Of a stretch of DNA of 64,000 nt, positions 14,401-26,319 are shown in pieces. The number at the start of each line of letters is the position of its first letter. Within the stretch, counting starts at the first letter, position 1. The notes beneath the pieces are model-generated. The model saw only the letters and a list, made by a program, of their open reading frames with translations, was not told where the DNA came from and made no database searches. Both the position numbers and the translations under genes were made by a program. Origin of the DNA: Entomortierella parvispora E1425 (Eukaryota > Fungi > Mortierellomycota); contig BQFW01000011.1 of the NCBI GenBank assembly GCA_020891255.1, forward strand, positions 806,001 through 870,000. Direction: 5' to 3'.

Positions 14401-15096
14401 ATATCGGATAGCAGGTGCTGCTGGTGCTGGTGCCACGGGTGTTGCCTCCTTGTCCTCGACGCTGTCAAAACTATTGGAAGTTGGCGGTAATTTGGATCCA
14501 TCGGCTTCTGATCCTGCCTCAGTTTTGGACTCTCCTTCGATAACAATGGCCGGCGCCAACGTATGTGCTGATGCTGATGCCTGACTGGACTCTGTTGACG
14601 GTTCTGATGCCTTGGCAGTCTCTGGGGCGATAGGCTGTGAAGCTACTGCATTGGCCTCTGCTTTTTCCGCCTTGATCTCATTGGTTGGTATCGTACTATC
14701 CACATCCATCATCATGGTGGAATCGTCGGCTGGAGGTGCCGTGGAGCTTGCATTTTCGACAGGGGTCTGCTCCTTTTCGGCTGCTGCCGTTGAATCAACA
14801 ACAGCCTGTACACTGGATGGCAATGCGCTTTCCGTGACAGGGTCTTGAACAGCATCATGGGTAGCCGATGGTGCCATTGGATTAGACAATGTCGCATCCG
14901 TTGTCCCTTGAGGAGGATGCTGATCAGTCTTTGTTTCTGGCTGGGATGGTGGCGCGACAGGTGCTGTTGTTTCTGGAGCTGATGTCGAAACTGCTTCTGC
15001 TGGAGCCACTGGAGCCTCTGGCTGAACAGACTGGAGAACAGCAGGCGCAGTGCTCTCCACGCCTTCCATTTGCACGTCCTCCATGGGTGTGTCCAT
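11486..15096 (-). CDS. ARP8: Actin-related protein 8 (INO80 complex), multi-exon, with long acidic N-terminal extension
   Basis: KIGRASDAYPIVIPHCIARR, QESVCASFGAGVSAACVVDIGA, YGGDDIT, DWRLMEELKEK and GGGMVKGF...PREMDPRLLVWKGASV are Arp8-type motifs. Confidence 0.93.
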
Positions 15097-15439
15097 TGGC
15101 TGTGGAAGAGGGGGTGAGGATGGGATTTGGTTGATTAATGGAGAGCATTTTTGAATGGAAGGAACAGCCCGGTGACTGCTTTGTCGATCCCTTCTTTCTT
15201 TTCTCACACATACTTGAACATACATACACACTCGCACACGCACATACACACACCCTTCACTTTAGGAACACGGATAGCAATTGCGTTTCGATGTTATGTA
15301 CAAGAATGTTATTAGAAAAACAATATAAATGAATGAATGAATGAATAAACAAAAGAAAGACTAGTTCTGTCTAGCAGAACACTATTAGCATATCATGCTT
15401 GTCTATGTTTGCCGGGACTTTTTCTCTTCTTTTTTTTTT

Positions 15440-17945
15440 TTACAACTTGACGGCAGACTCAAGAGCAGCCAAGACATCGGCAACCAAGTCCTCAGTGTCC
15501 TCAATACCGACAGAGAGACGGATCAAGTTCTCGGTGATGCCGAGGACAGCACGGTCCTCAGCCGAGACGGATCCGTGGGTCATGGTGGCGGGCAACTCGC
15601 ACAAGGACTCGACACCTCCGAGGGACTCGGCCAAGGTGAAGAACTTGACGCTGCGCAAGAAAGCGTTGGCAGTCTCCAAATCTCCCTTGATGCGGAACGA
15701 GATCATGCCTCCGAAACCCTTCTGCTGACGCTTAGCAAGGGCATGCTGGGGGTGCGAGGGCAAACCGGGGTAGATGACGTTCTCGACACGGGGAGAGGCC
15801 TCAAGAGCCTCAGCAATGGCCTGAGCAGAGGCAGCGTGCTGACGCATACGGAGGTGAAGAGTCTTCAAACCACGGTTGGCGAGGAAGCAGTCAAAGGCGG
15901 AGGGAACGGCTCCGATCGAGTTCTGCAAGAAGGCGAGCTTGGTGTAGATCTCCTCGTCCGAGGTGACGGCAACACCCATGACAACGTCAGAGTGTCCGTT
16001 GATGTACTTGGTGACAGAGTGGACAACGATATCAGCGCCGAGGGAGAGGGGGTTCTGGAAGAAGGGGCTCATGAAAGTGTTGTCAACAACCAACTTGGTG
16101 TTGTGCTTGTGGGCAATGTCAGCAACGGCCTTGATGTCAACGAGGCGCAAGGTGGGGTTGGTGGGGGTCTCGACCCAGATGAGCTTGGTGTTGGGGCGGA
16201 TAACAGTGGCGACGTTGGCGGCATCGGCAAGGTCGACAAAGGTGACCTCAACTCCGAGGGCCGAGGCGACCTTGGTGAAGTAACGGTAGGTGCCTCCATA
16301 GACGTCGTTGACAGAGACAATGTGAGATCCAGCAGGGAGGGAGCTGACAATGGTGGCGGTGGTGGCAGATCCAGAAGAGAAGGCCAATCCGTGCTTGGCA
16401 CCCTCGAGAGCAGCGACGGCGGTCTCGAAAGCGTGGCGGGAGGGGTTTCCGCTGCGAGAGTAGTCGAATCCCTATTGTTTTGAAGAAGCATTGGTTAGTT
16501 AGTCTCTGTCAACTCTGGATGTGCAAGGGGCGACCGTTGTTGGCTCTCTTTCTCTTTTCCTATCGAAATAAGGCTCCTCGTGGAAGGAGGGGACTCTTGG
16601 GCTGCAAGCAAGATTGTTCTCCCACGGATACTTGTACCACCAACACTTTACACTCTTTTTCTCGCTCTCCTTTTTTTTTTTTTTGTTTTTTCTTGGGGGA
16701 ATGAGGGCAAGAACGAGAGGCAAACAGAACGGAGGCCTCGATCCTTGGAGCGAGTGCCCTGGTCCACTTGCTCACGAAGGATGTTGCGATGGCTCCCTTT
16801 GTGTGTCAATCGCAACTTGTTCGCCTTTTGCCCTCTCATTGTCTGGGATTCAAGTCCTGAGTCCGACCTCGAGCACACAATTCTTATTCTAGTGCATAGG
16901 ATTCAATTGAAATTTTTCTTCCTATTCTCGAACCAAACAAAAAAGTCCTTCCAAACTCACTCTCCAAAAACGCCGAGTGGCAGCTTTCTCTCATATCATC
17001 ATCGCTCGTCGTCACCACAGCCAGGGTCCCAGTCGAGTTAGCTGCCTTTGGTCAATCGGTTTTGTGTGTTTCGCTTGTTTGGACACTTGCCGAGTATAGG
17101 TTAGACCCCCCACAGAGCACCCCTGATCCTATTTTTTCCAAGTTGCTCAATGTCTTTGCCTGCGGACGATGGCGCCATCGCATGGATCCACGAGAATGTT
17201 TTCCGTGCGACGTCCCTCTGACAAATCACTCGCCCAATTAATAAATGGCACCTTTGTCTTTTCAAATAGTGCCATCCCAGGAGTGCACTCAGGGGATCGC
17301 TGGCTGCATCCCATGAGCCTCTGTGTGCTTCCTCTCTATTATTCTAGACTCGTGCCCCCTCGCCTATTCCTGTTCTCCCTTTCAAACTCTGCGTGTGATC
17401 GAGGCGTCTTCAACAACAAAGACCCAAAATATAAAAAAAAGGTGTCGATCAAGGAAAAGCTCACACGGGTATCTCAAAACCTGTACTCAAGTTCAGTCCC
17501 CCAAACCCTCCAAACGCGGCGCCTCCAACTGAACCCCACCCAAAGGATGGAATTGAAAACAAAGGAATAGAGACGTACGTTGTGTTCACCAGCGCTGTGC
17601 TGCTTGAAGGTGGTAGAGAGAGACAAGGGAGGGATAACGGCACCTGTGGAGAAAAAAAAACGAGGATATCCTGGGTCAGTCTCACAATAATTGTACTTGA
17701 GGCATGCAAGAGGTTGTTGTCCGACAGATCGAGGCTGATTCTTGTATTCAGATCGATGATTTGATCTGTTCAAACCTATCCAGCACAAACAGCTGCCGGG
17801 CAGCTCACATGCATGGGCGGATCGAGGAATGAGAAGACATACCAGTGACGGGGTCGGGGTGCTGTCCGGCGTGGATGGCACGAGTGCCAAAGTTGGCCTT
17901 GAGGATGTGCTCGGCGTGGTCGTCGGTGAAAAGCTTGGCAGACAT
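15440..17945 (-). CDS. CYS3: Cystathionine gamma-lyase (PLP-dependent transsulfuration enzyme), 3 exons
   Basis: Exon 1 FGTRAIHAGQHPDPVTG, exon 2 AVIPPLSLSTTFKQ, exon 3 FDYSRSGNP...HSVTKYINGHSDV (PLP lysine)...TLAESLGGVESL. Second intron spans 16472-17578. Confidence 0.95.
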
Positions 17946-18501
17946 GGTGAAGGGTATGGGTGTATGTGTTGGAGTTGAGAGGAAGAGTGAAGAGATAAGG
18001 AACAAAGAAAAAAAGAGAAAAAAAAAAAAAAAAAGGGAACCCGCAGTCTCTTTTAAAAGCAGCGAGCCCAGCTGAATAATGAATTTGATGAATAAACACA
18101 GTCGTCAAAAGGAGAAATTTTTTTTTTTCTTTTCTTTTCTTCGTTTCTGACGCGCGTGGCGGGGTTGTTCCCACGGACCCAAAACGGGTAGTCGCTTCAA
18201 GGTACATTGTATCTGTCAGCTTTTTGAGTTGCCTTTTTTTTTCCTTTGCTCTTTTCTTCGGCGTGAGCTTTCCACTCTTGAGGTTATCCTCCCTGGAATT
18301 GGATAGGGGCTGCGGAGACTATTTGTTTATCTTACTGTCTCTGCCTATTCATTCCTTCTTTTTCAATGGGGTTTGCTTAGTGCATTTGTCTATGGTACAA
18401 GTATATGGCGAAAGGGACGAGCGTGATGATGATGACGATGGTGAAGACTACAATGATGCCAGGGGTGTTGACTATGCTAAATTAAGGAAAGTCCGGATCA
18501 T

Positions 18502-19368
18502 TCAAAGGTTCAGATTCCGGGGCGGGGGCGTTGTGTCCAGCTTCATAATTTCGGCCATTGCCTCCAAGACCTAGAAAATATTTGAAAACAGAAAACACTG
18601 TCAGTGCCTCACCTGCATTAGTCTGCATCAAGAGTGTCTCCACTGTCTCCTTACCAGCTTAATGTGGGCTCGGATCTGCGAGGCTTTCTCTGTGTACTTT
18701 TCTGCCCGTCTATAAAAAAACAATTAGGAACCACCCCTTGGTTAGAGTGTGCCCCTATCATCATTCACGTCAAGTCGACTATCGAAATCCTGTCCAAGCA
18801 CGAATATAGTACTTTTGCAAATGTGCCTCTTTCTTTGTGATAAACGCCAGGGCTTCATCCAATGTCAGCTCTGCATGGAATCCAAACCCAACATTGACAA
18901 AGATATGTTTTGTATCAGGACTATGTCAATGAAAAACACAGATATTCAGTTAGAAAGGAGTAAAGTTGCCGTGCGTCCTGCTTAACCGCTGTGCATTTTC
19001 ACCATACATCTTTGCTTGCACATAAAAGTTGGATCCAAGATCGACCTGTGTCTTCATCTCAGTCAACCCGTTGTCCTTGATCACTTCGATATCCTTTGCC
19101 AGCTTCAGACTATGCGTTCAATGGAGAAATTCGGGTTAGAAACTATGTACCTCAGGGGACCCAGACGCAAGAATGTGCACAAAGTATGTACTACAATTAG
19201 GTCCAACGAATTCGTCCAACGACAAAAGAAAAGCACGTACTATTCAGAGATCTGGTCGTAGAGGACGTCTCTTGCATCGAGTGCATCCTTGAGATCCCGT
19301 CTTAGGGTGTCATTAACAAATGTCTCGTAACGGGCGAGCTTCTGCTGAACGGCGGCGTCTGACTGCAT
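18502..19368 (-). CDS. UXT: UXT, prefoldin-alpha-like subunit, multi-exon (not assembled in the ORF track)
   Basis: Manual splicing gives MQSDAAVQQKLARYETFVNDTLRRDL...YDQISEY / QVDLGSNFYVQAK / PDTKHIFVNVGFGFHAELTLDEALAFI / ASQIRAHIKL / VLEAMAEI, which follows the UXT pattern. Confidence 0.85.
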
Positions 19369-19810
19369 CCTGGTAGTACTTTTTATGTCGTCGTTTGTCG
19401 CTTTCGTCTCCGGGTCTGTCCTTGGCTAAGACTTGATTCCTGCGCTGTTTCCAGTTGAGAAAGTCAAAAGAGCTGATTGTAAATGAAAACGAATGTTTCC
19501 AAAAAAAAAATGATCACGTGCTTGTTGCGATCGTCCGTCTAGTTTTTAGCCCTAGAACAAAAAATTCCCAGATCTGGAACCAGCATCATCGTTTGAGGAA
19601 AAAAACGTTTCTTTTTCGCGCTCTTTCGGCTCTGCTGCGCTCCCGCATGGCCCCTTCCGCTCCATCCTTCTCCATCGCTCAACGCCATCAGAGTCCTTAA
19701 AAAGGCTCTAACTCCGTCCCTATCCTTCCTTCTCTACATCTCTCCATCTTTCGCAGCATTCGTTTCCATCTCTCCAACCCGATCCCTTTTCATTCCACGT
19801 TCCCTGCACA

Positions 19811-22088
19811 ATGCCTCCTCCATTGTTGCAACGGCTCTTTATGTACAAGTCCGTTAGGACCGCCACAGTTCTCTCGGGAACGGTCACGGCCCTTTACCTC
19901 ATCGACACTCATAAAAACGCAAAGGCTTTTCAACGGACAGCTCGTACAGCCTGGAATGGGTACTGACCGCACAACACAACGCGCTCCTCCACTGCTCCCT
20001 GTCTTTTCTATCGCTTATCAGATCGAACGCCGCTCTGACCTTCCCGATTTCTCATGAAATAGCGTGCTAGTAGGATGGGACTACAAGTTCAACTTCACCC
20101 CCGGGAAAGCAAATCAGATCAACGAGCTTCATCAACGAGTTGCCAGTCGGATATTAAACGTCTGTCAAACGAATGGGTAAGACCATCTCTTCACCATTGT
20201 ATTGTCTCGTTGTTTTTGGTCGCGTATTAATTCTGATCTACATGTTACCATCTGTTTACCGTTGTCAGTGGCCTTTACATCAAACTAGGTAAGCGGTGTT
20301 AACTTGATGACTCTTGAGCTTCGAAAGAAGACTCCAGGCCACTCCTGATCACAAACACAACGTCATTGCATCGTGTGGTGCACAAGAGCACTTTGTTTTT
20401 AACTCAGTTGTGCGATATTTTTCCTCAGGTCAAGGAATCGCGACACAATCAGCAGTACTACCGCCTTGTTACTTGACGTAAGAGATTGAGAGACTCTTTT
20501 TCCATCATGCTGAGATACCATTCACAGATCACTAACCCCAAATGCCTCTCATAGAACCTTGCGCGCACTCTATGATGATGCCTCTTCAGTCGACTACTCT
20601 GTGGTTGAAAACATCATTCGAAAAGAACTAGGCAAAGAGATTCATGAGGTGTTTAGAACCTTTTCAAAGATACCCGTGGCCGCGGCGTCGATCGCCCAGG
20701 TCCACAAAGCAACACTCTTGGATGGCACTGTAGTAGCGGTCAAGGTTCAGAAACCAGAGATTCAAGTCCAGATCGAATGGGATCTTCGGGCATACCGGAT
20801 GCTGATCAAGGTCTATGAATACCTCTTTGACTTGCCCATGTCCTTTGCAGTCGACTATACCATCAAACATTTGAGGGAAGAGACGGATTTTGTGAATGAG
20901 GCTCGGAACTCGGAAATGTGCAATGAGTACCTGCAGACGGACAGTCGACTCCGGACACAGGTCTATGTACCAAAGATTTTTCATGAGATCAGCACAAAAC
21001 AGATCATGGTCGCGGAATGGGTTGATGGATGTCGGGCCACGGATAAGGAGGCTATTCAGGCAATGGGATTGAGCCCCAAGAAGGTCATGGAATCCGTCGT
21101 GGACGTGTTTGCGCATCAAATCTTTATCTCTGGGTTTGTCCATTGTGACCCACACCCTGGTAATGTTCTCGTTCGAAAACATCCCAACGACCCAAGGCGA
21201 CACCAATTGGTACGTGAAGAGAAAATGAAATGCATGGCCTTGCCAATCTGACTTGATTTCCCTCTCTCTCACACACACTTTGTCTTTTTTTTTCTTTTTT
21301 TTTCTTTTTTTTTTTTTTGTATTGCATGTTGATCATTATAGCTACTCCTCGACCATGGACTCTATATGCGGGAATCAGAAGCATTTAGGAAACAGTATTG
21401 TCTCTTCTGGAAATCGCTCTTCTTGCTGGACCAACAGACGATTAAGGAGATTGCCGACCAGTGGGGCATTGGCGACTCCCAAATGCTGGCCAACGCAACA
21501 CTACTGAAACCCTACAACATTGAACGCTCGCCAAGTATCACCCTCTCCACTAATACCTCGGTCCTGGACGCCTACGAGATTCAGATGAAGCTCAAGACGT
21601 CCCTCAAGGATTTCCTGATCAACTCTGAACTCTTGCCCAAGGAGCTCATCTTTATCGGCCGCAACATGACCATTGTCCGCGCCAACAACAAATACTTGGG
21701 AAGTCCTGTCAACAGGATCAATCGCATGGCTAGATGGGCTGTCATGGGTCTAGGTCATGACCCGGCCTCCTGGGTCACCCATGTTCAAGCCGACTATTTG
21801 AAAAACAACTCGTCGGACCCATCCACCACCGTCTCTGTTCGTCCTCAATTCTCGTTCTGGAAGGCACTTTCGATGACACTGCAGGCTAAGTGGAACTACT
21901 GGATGTTTGAGGCTGCTTTGGCCTTGATGTCCATTGCTTACCATGTAGCTCAGTTCAGGAGCCTCATCGAGCGTAAACTCTTGGGCAAGAAATCGGATGG
22001 ATTTGAGTCTGTACTTGACGAAGCTTTGAAACAGAGGCTTGAGCAGGAATACGGAATCAAGGTTGAAGGCGATCTCTTTGACGCTTAA
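19811..22088 (+). CDS. ABC1/ADCK (UbiB-family) atypical kinase, ADCK1/Mcp2-like, multi-exon
   Basis: GLYIKLG, PVAAASIAQVHKA, VAVKVQKP, DFVNEARN, MVAEWVDG and HCDPHPGNVLV are ABC1-family motifs. The N-terminus looks like a mitochondrial presequence. Confidence 0.9.
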
Positions 22089-22343
22089 AAAGCCCATCCC
22101 TTACACCATGTACAAAATAAAATTCTCGTGTATTTACAAATCAATGGCTGGATTTGATCCGCTAAAGGTATACCAACATGCACGTTGCAATAAAAAAAGA
22201 GGGAAAAAAAAGAAAGGTATGGACAGGTAGTCTGGCTCGATGCTCAGAGACGAACAGGCGGCTATAAGGGGGAGTAATTTTTGCTTCTTTGCAGTCTGCT
22301 GGATCAGCGTCCTACATCAGCTTTTTTCTGTTTGCTCCACTCC

Positions 22344-24741
22344 CTATTCAAAGTAGTCCACCGAACGACTGGCGCACCGACGAGCGTTCCTGTTGTATTC
22401 CCGTCGCTGATCCTTAGTTCCAAAGAGCAACTTGGCAGCCTGTAAAAGAATGCGGACCTTATTGTTAGAAGATCTCTCGCCCTCGCTTTCTCTCTTCCTA
22501 TCTCCCATCAACATAGTGTAATGATGAAATTTAACGTACCTGAGCATTGACGTGGGTTGAGGGGTTTGGAGATGGTTCATCCTCGAGTACAAGGTTGCTA
22601 ATTGCCTCAATATGAGTGCGGACATCCTCTTGCTTCTCCACCATGTAGAACGGAATACCCTCTGGCGTAACATGGACGTGATACATGGGTGTGCAGAACT
22701 TGACTCGCGGTCTCATGTCTGGGAATGAGTCGTGGAAGACCATTTGGATCTTGAACATGCCGCCGTCGTAATTGCTAATTTGCGCAATCGAAAATGTAAG
22801 AAGCTTGATTCGGAAATATTAAAATGACTAAAACAAAAAAGTTGATATAATACAACCCATACCTCATAGGCTTGCCAAAGATCGTAAAGGTCCACACAAA
22901 TGGATTGTTGTCAACCAATTGAACCTCCACTCCTCCAGTGTCGTTTTCGCGATAGTATTCTCGGATTTGTTCAAACTGACGTGCCAAGTTGCTCGACATT
23001 CTGCTCGAGCTGGCAATCCACTGCTGCGACATTTTGATCCAATCCTGTGTCTCCTTTTCAATCGTCTGTCGGATGACTTCCAGTCTCTTGGCAAGTGTCG
23101 CGTACCTATATGTGCCCTCCATCTTGTTGCCACCAAACTCAAAAGGTGCCACATAAAACGGGGTGCCATCACTGACAGTGGCGGACTCTGTCTTGACCGT
23201 GTTTTGGTAAATATCATAGTACGCCATGAAGAGGTACTTTGACAAGTCGCTGAACTCGTCACTGGGAGTGACACAGGTCGAGTAGATAGACTCAACGAGC
23301 GGTGGCTTTGCCTGAACGCCAGAGGCAAATACAGCTGAAGAATTGGGTGTTCCAACTGGGGTCGCCAGAGCATTGTTTCCTGCTGGTGTGACATTGGGGG
23401 GTGAGGGTGGAGACGAAGACGAGGATGAGGTGGCGTCCGAGGATCCGTTGAACATGAATGATGGCTGATTGATACCAAGAAATCCCTCTAATCGGTCACA
23501 GATTGAAATCCTGATGGTCTCTGCAGCATAGAACGAACCAATTTGGTTTCAAGTTAGCAGCTGAAAGAGAATGAACAGCAAACGATTTTCCATAATACTC
23601 ACCATGTCTGATTTTGCGGTTATACGGCTCAATTTTGTTTATCTCGTCCTTTTCGAGATCATGTCCTGGCTCGTTCCGATACTAAAACGTAGTGAAAGAA
23701 CACAAGGCGTCAGTCATGGATGTAGTTGAAATATCAAAACGACGCGTTGCATGTGCTTCTAAAAATATCACGTACAGGCTTATCACTCATCAAGGATTGG
23801 ATACTCAACAAAATGCTGGTAATTCCATGTGCAGATGACCCTAGGGAGGATAGAGAAAAGCGGGTTAGCATAACAGGCCAGATGTCACAATCGCCGCCTG
23901 ACAGCTATATAAAACGTGCAGTCCTGCCTTACATTGTTCTCCTGCAGTGCCACGCCATGTACCAAGGATACTAAGGCAAACTTTGCCACTGGCATAGATC
24001 TAAAAAAACAAAAAAGTCAAAAGAAAACCAAAGCTAGCCCATCAGTAATATAAAAATCAGCTCAGTCTTTGGTAGCAAGTCAGGCATTTCCCCGTACGTT
24101 GGGATTGAATCGAGTCCGCGCCATATTGGTCGTTAACGCAAGTACTACAGAGCAGATGAAGTTAATAGCCTTGTTAGTATGAACTCATTAATCAATTGGG
24201 TGGCCCACGAGATTCCAAACACCACCGTACCTTTCGGTGGATTGGTCGGGTAATCCTTGGGAAACTGGAGACTGAACTCGAACTGACCGAGGCAGTATCT
24301 AACAAGGGAAAAAAGGCAATTGCTTGAATAAGCTTCAAAGAATCCACACCATACTCAAGGCCATTGTCGCCTTGAAACTCTGGTCGTCTGTGCTCCTCTC
24401 CATGTTTTTCTCCTTTTCGCTATTCTCAGTCCAAAGAAGGGTTGGCTGGAGCGGGGGTTGATTGTCTTACGGTGTGTCAGGAGGTCCAGTGATCATGGCC
24501 TTGATGTTCATGATATCAGAATCATCTATGTCAAGAAACAAAAGGCATTCAGTACGAGATACAATCACTCCAATAACAAGCAACGGTACATATGATAGTC
24601 TCCAGAAAAAAGATTCCACAGGCATGAGTCCAGTGACCGCAGTAGCATTGGCTTACCCCATTTCAAAAAGATTTGATGGTCGGGATTCTTTGTAGCCTCC
24701 GAAAGCTCCTTTGTTAGACGCAGCGTTACAGCGTTGGACAT
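22344..24741 (-). CDS. UBE2Z/USE1-like ubiquitin-conjugating enzyme with a second C-terminal UBC-fold domain, many exons
   Basis: ITGPPDTPY...FPKDYPTNPPK...RFNPN...GKVCLSILGTW...SIQSLM...IRHETIRISICD. Second domain: DNNPFVWTFTIFG...GGMFKIQMVFHDSFPDMRPRVKFCTPMYHVHV. Confidence 0.8.
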
Positions 24742-26319
24742 GCTGGCGGGGTTTTTTTCAAAGTATAGTGGGGTCGGGGATGGGTTGCGGTTGCGGCTGA
24801 GGGCAAATGTGAAGGCTCGAGATGTGGCGGACACGAAAAGGGAGATGCAGAATAAGGGAGAAACAAAAAACCAGGCTTTTTTTTTTGTATTTCTCTCAGC
24901 AGGCAGGCACAAGTCAGTTTGCGGCAGGGATGGAGGACGAGCGAGAAAGAGGGCGAGACAAAGGGAAAAGGTCGAGATACAAGGTGGCAGTGGCGGGGAT
25001 GAAAGCAAGAGTCGAGTCGGCCGTGCAAAGGCCGAGTAGCCCCGTCTCTGTTGCACCTCCACAGGCACAGACCCATGTCCTGTCATGGCCCCCTTCACTT
25101 TGCCACCACCTCGTGTTGCACCCTTAAGGTCACGTGGCACCTGATGTGGCGGTGCCACTTGAGTTCTGTCTTCTTGACGCAGCTCTTGGGGCTGTGGAGG
25201 TGGCCACCCCACTATGTCTGTGCGTCGCGGGCATCCTTGCATAGACCTCCCGCTAGGAACCGCGCTTCCAGTGGGGCTGCATGGTCCCAGTCTGTCTCTA
25301 CTGCGCATGAAGGTTGTTCTAGACACCAGAATGGAACGCCTTGTCCACCATGAGCTGACCTGCTGAGTAAAAGTCTTAGCTATCAGAGACTTTGGAGCTT
25401 GTGAACGTCAAGCCTCCACCTTTGATCCTTGGAAGCAACCGATTCAAGCGGAGAATTAAACTCTTCTTGAGTCTCCACCATGTCCGCCCACCCTCTTCTC
25501 CCCCACGCCTTTCTGGATACCTGGGTCCTCGGGAGACGCTTTGGCCAATCGGAAGACGCCTTGGCGCTCTGTGCGACCAAGACCCACTTTTTTGCCCTCT
25601 TGTCCCAGTAGCTTCTTTTTTTTCTTCTCCACCTTCCTCAATTCGCTCACCTCGCCCCTGCATGCTTACCTGGTAGAGAAGGGAAGCAACGGGCAGCATG
25701 AAGGTCATCGTTCTCGGTAAAGAAAAAACAAACATACAAAAAACAAACAAACAAACAAACAAGCAAACTAAGAAAACAGTGGACAGAGGAAGATCGCTAC
25801 TAACGCCATCCTCCACCATCCAAACGGTCAACGGCCATGAGCCATTGCAGCGCTGAGAAACGAGTCAACTCAACTCCAACAACAAAAGATGCAAAAAAAA
25901 CTAGCGTTCCTTCGCCCCACTTTTTTTCTTTTCTGATCTCTAGGACTCCATGTCTACCTTGATTTCTTCCTTGAACCCCCCAATGATCTGACCTCCGAGA
26001 GCTAATCGTTGGTGGGGTGTCAGACACTCGTGGAACCGAAAGCGGGTCCAAGGGTTAGAGAACCTTCTGTTCGTTTGCTTTTTTTGTACCCGCTCCCACG
26101 CAAGTGTCCATCCAAGAGACACGAGTCTTTCCCAATTGAACCCCGACGCCCTTTGCTACTTTTTTTTTCTTTCGTTCTTTCTTTTGTCCTCCTGTTTCCT
26201 TATAAAAGCGTAGTGTCGCCGCTTCACTTTTGTGGTTTTTTCCTTTGACCTTCCTCCTCCAACCAAACAGTCCAAATCAAGTCACCTACTTGCAATCTTT
26301 CTCTCTTTGCAACAACCAG

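Noticed and set aside
17461-17480. TPP riboswitch in the CYS3 intron (TGAGATACCCGT on the minus strand)
   Set aside because: Only a partial core match; no downstream ACCTGAT or P4/P5 elements, and the gene is not thiamine-related.
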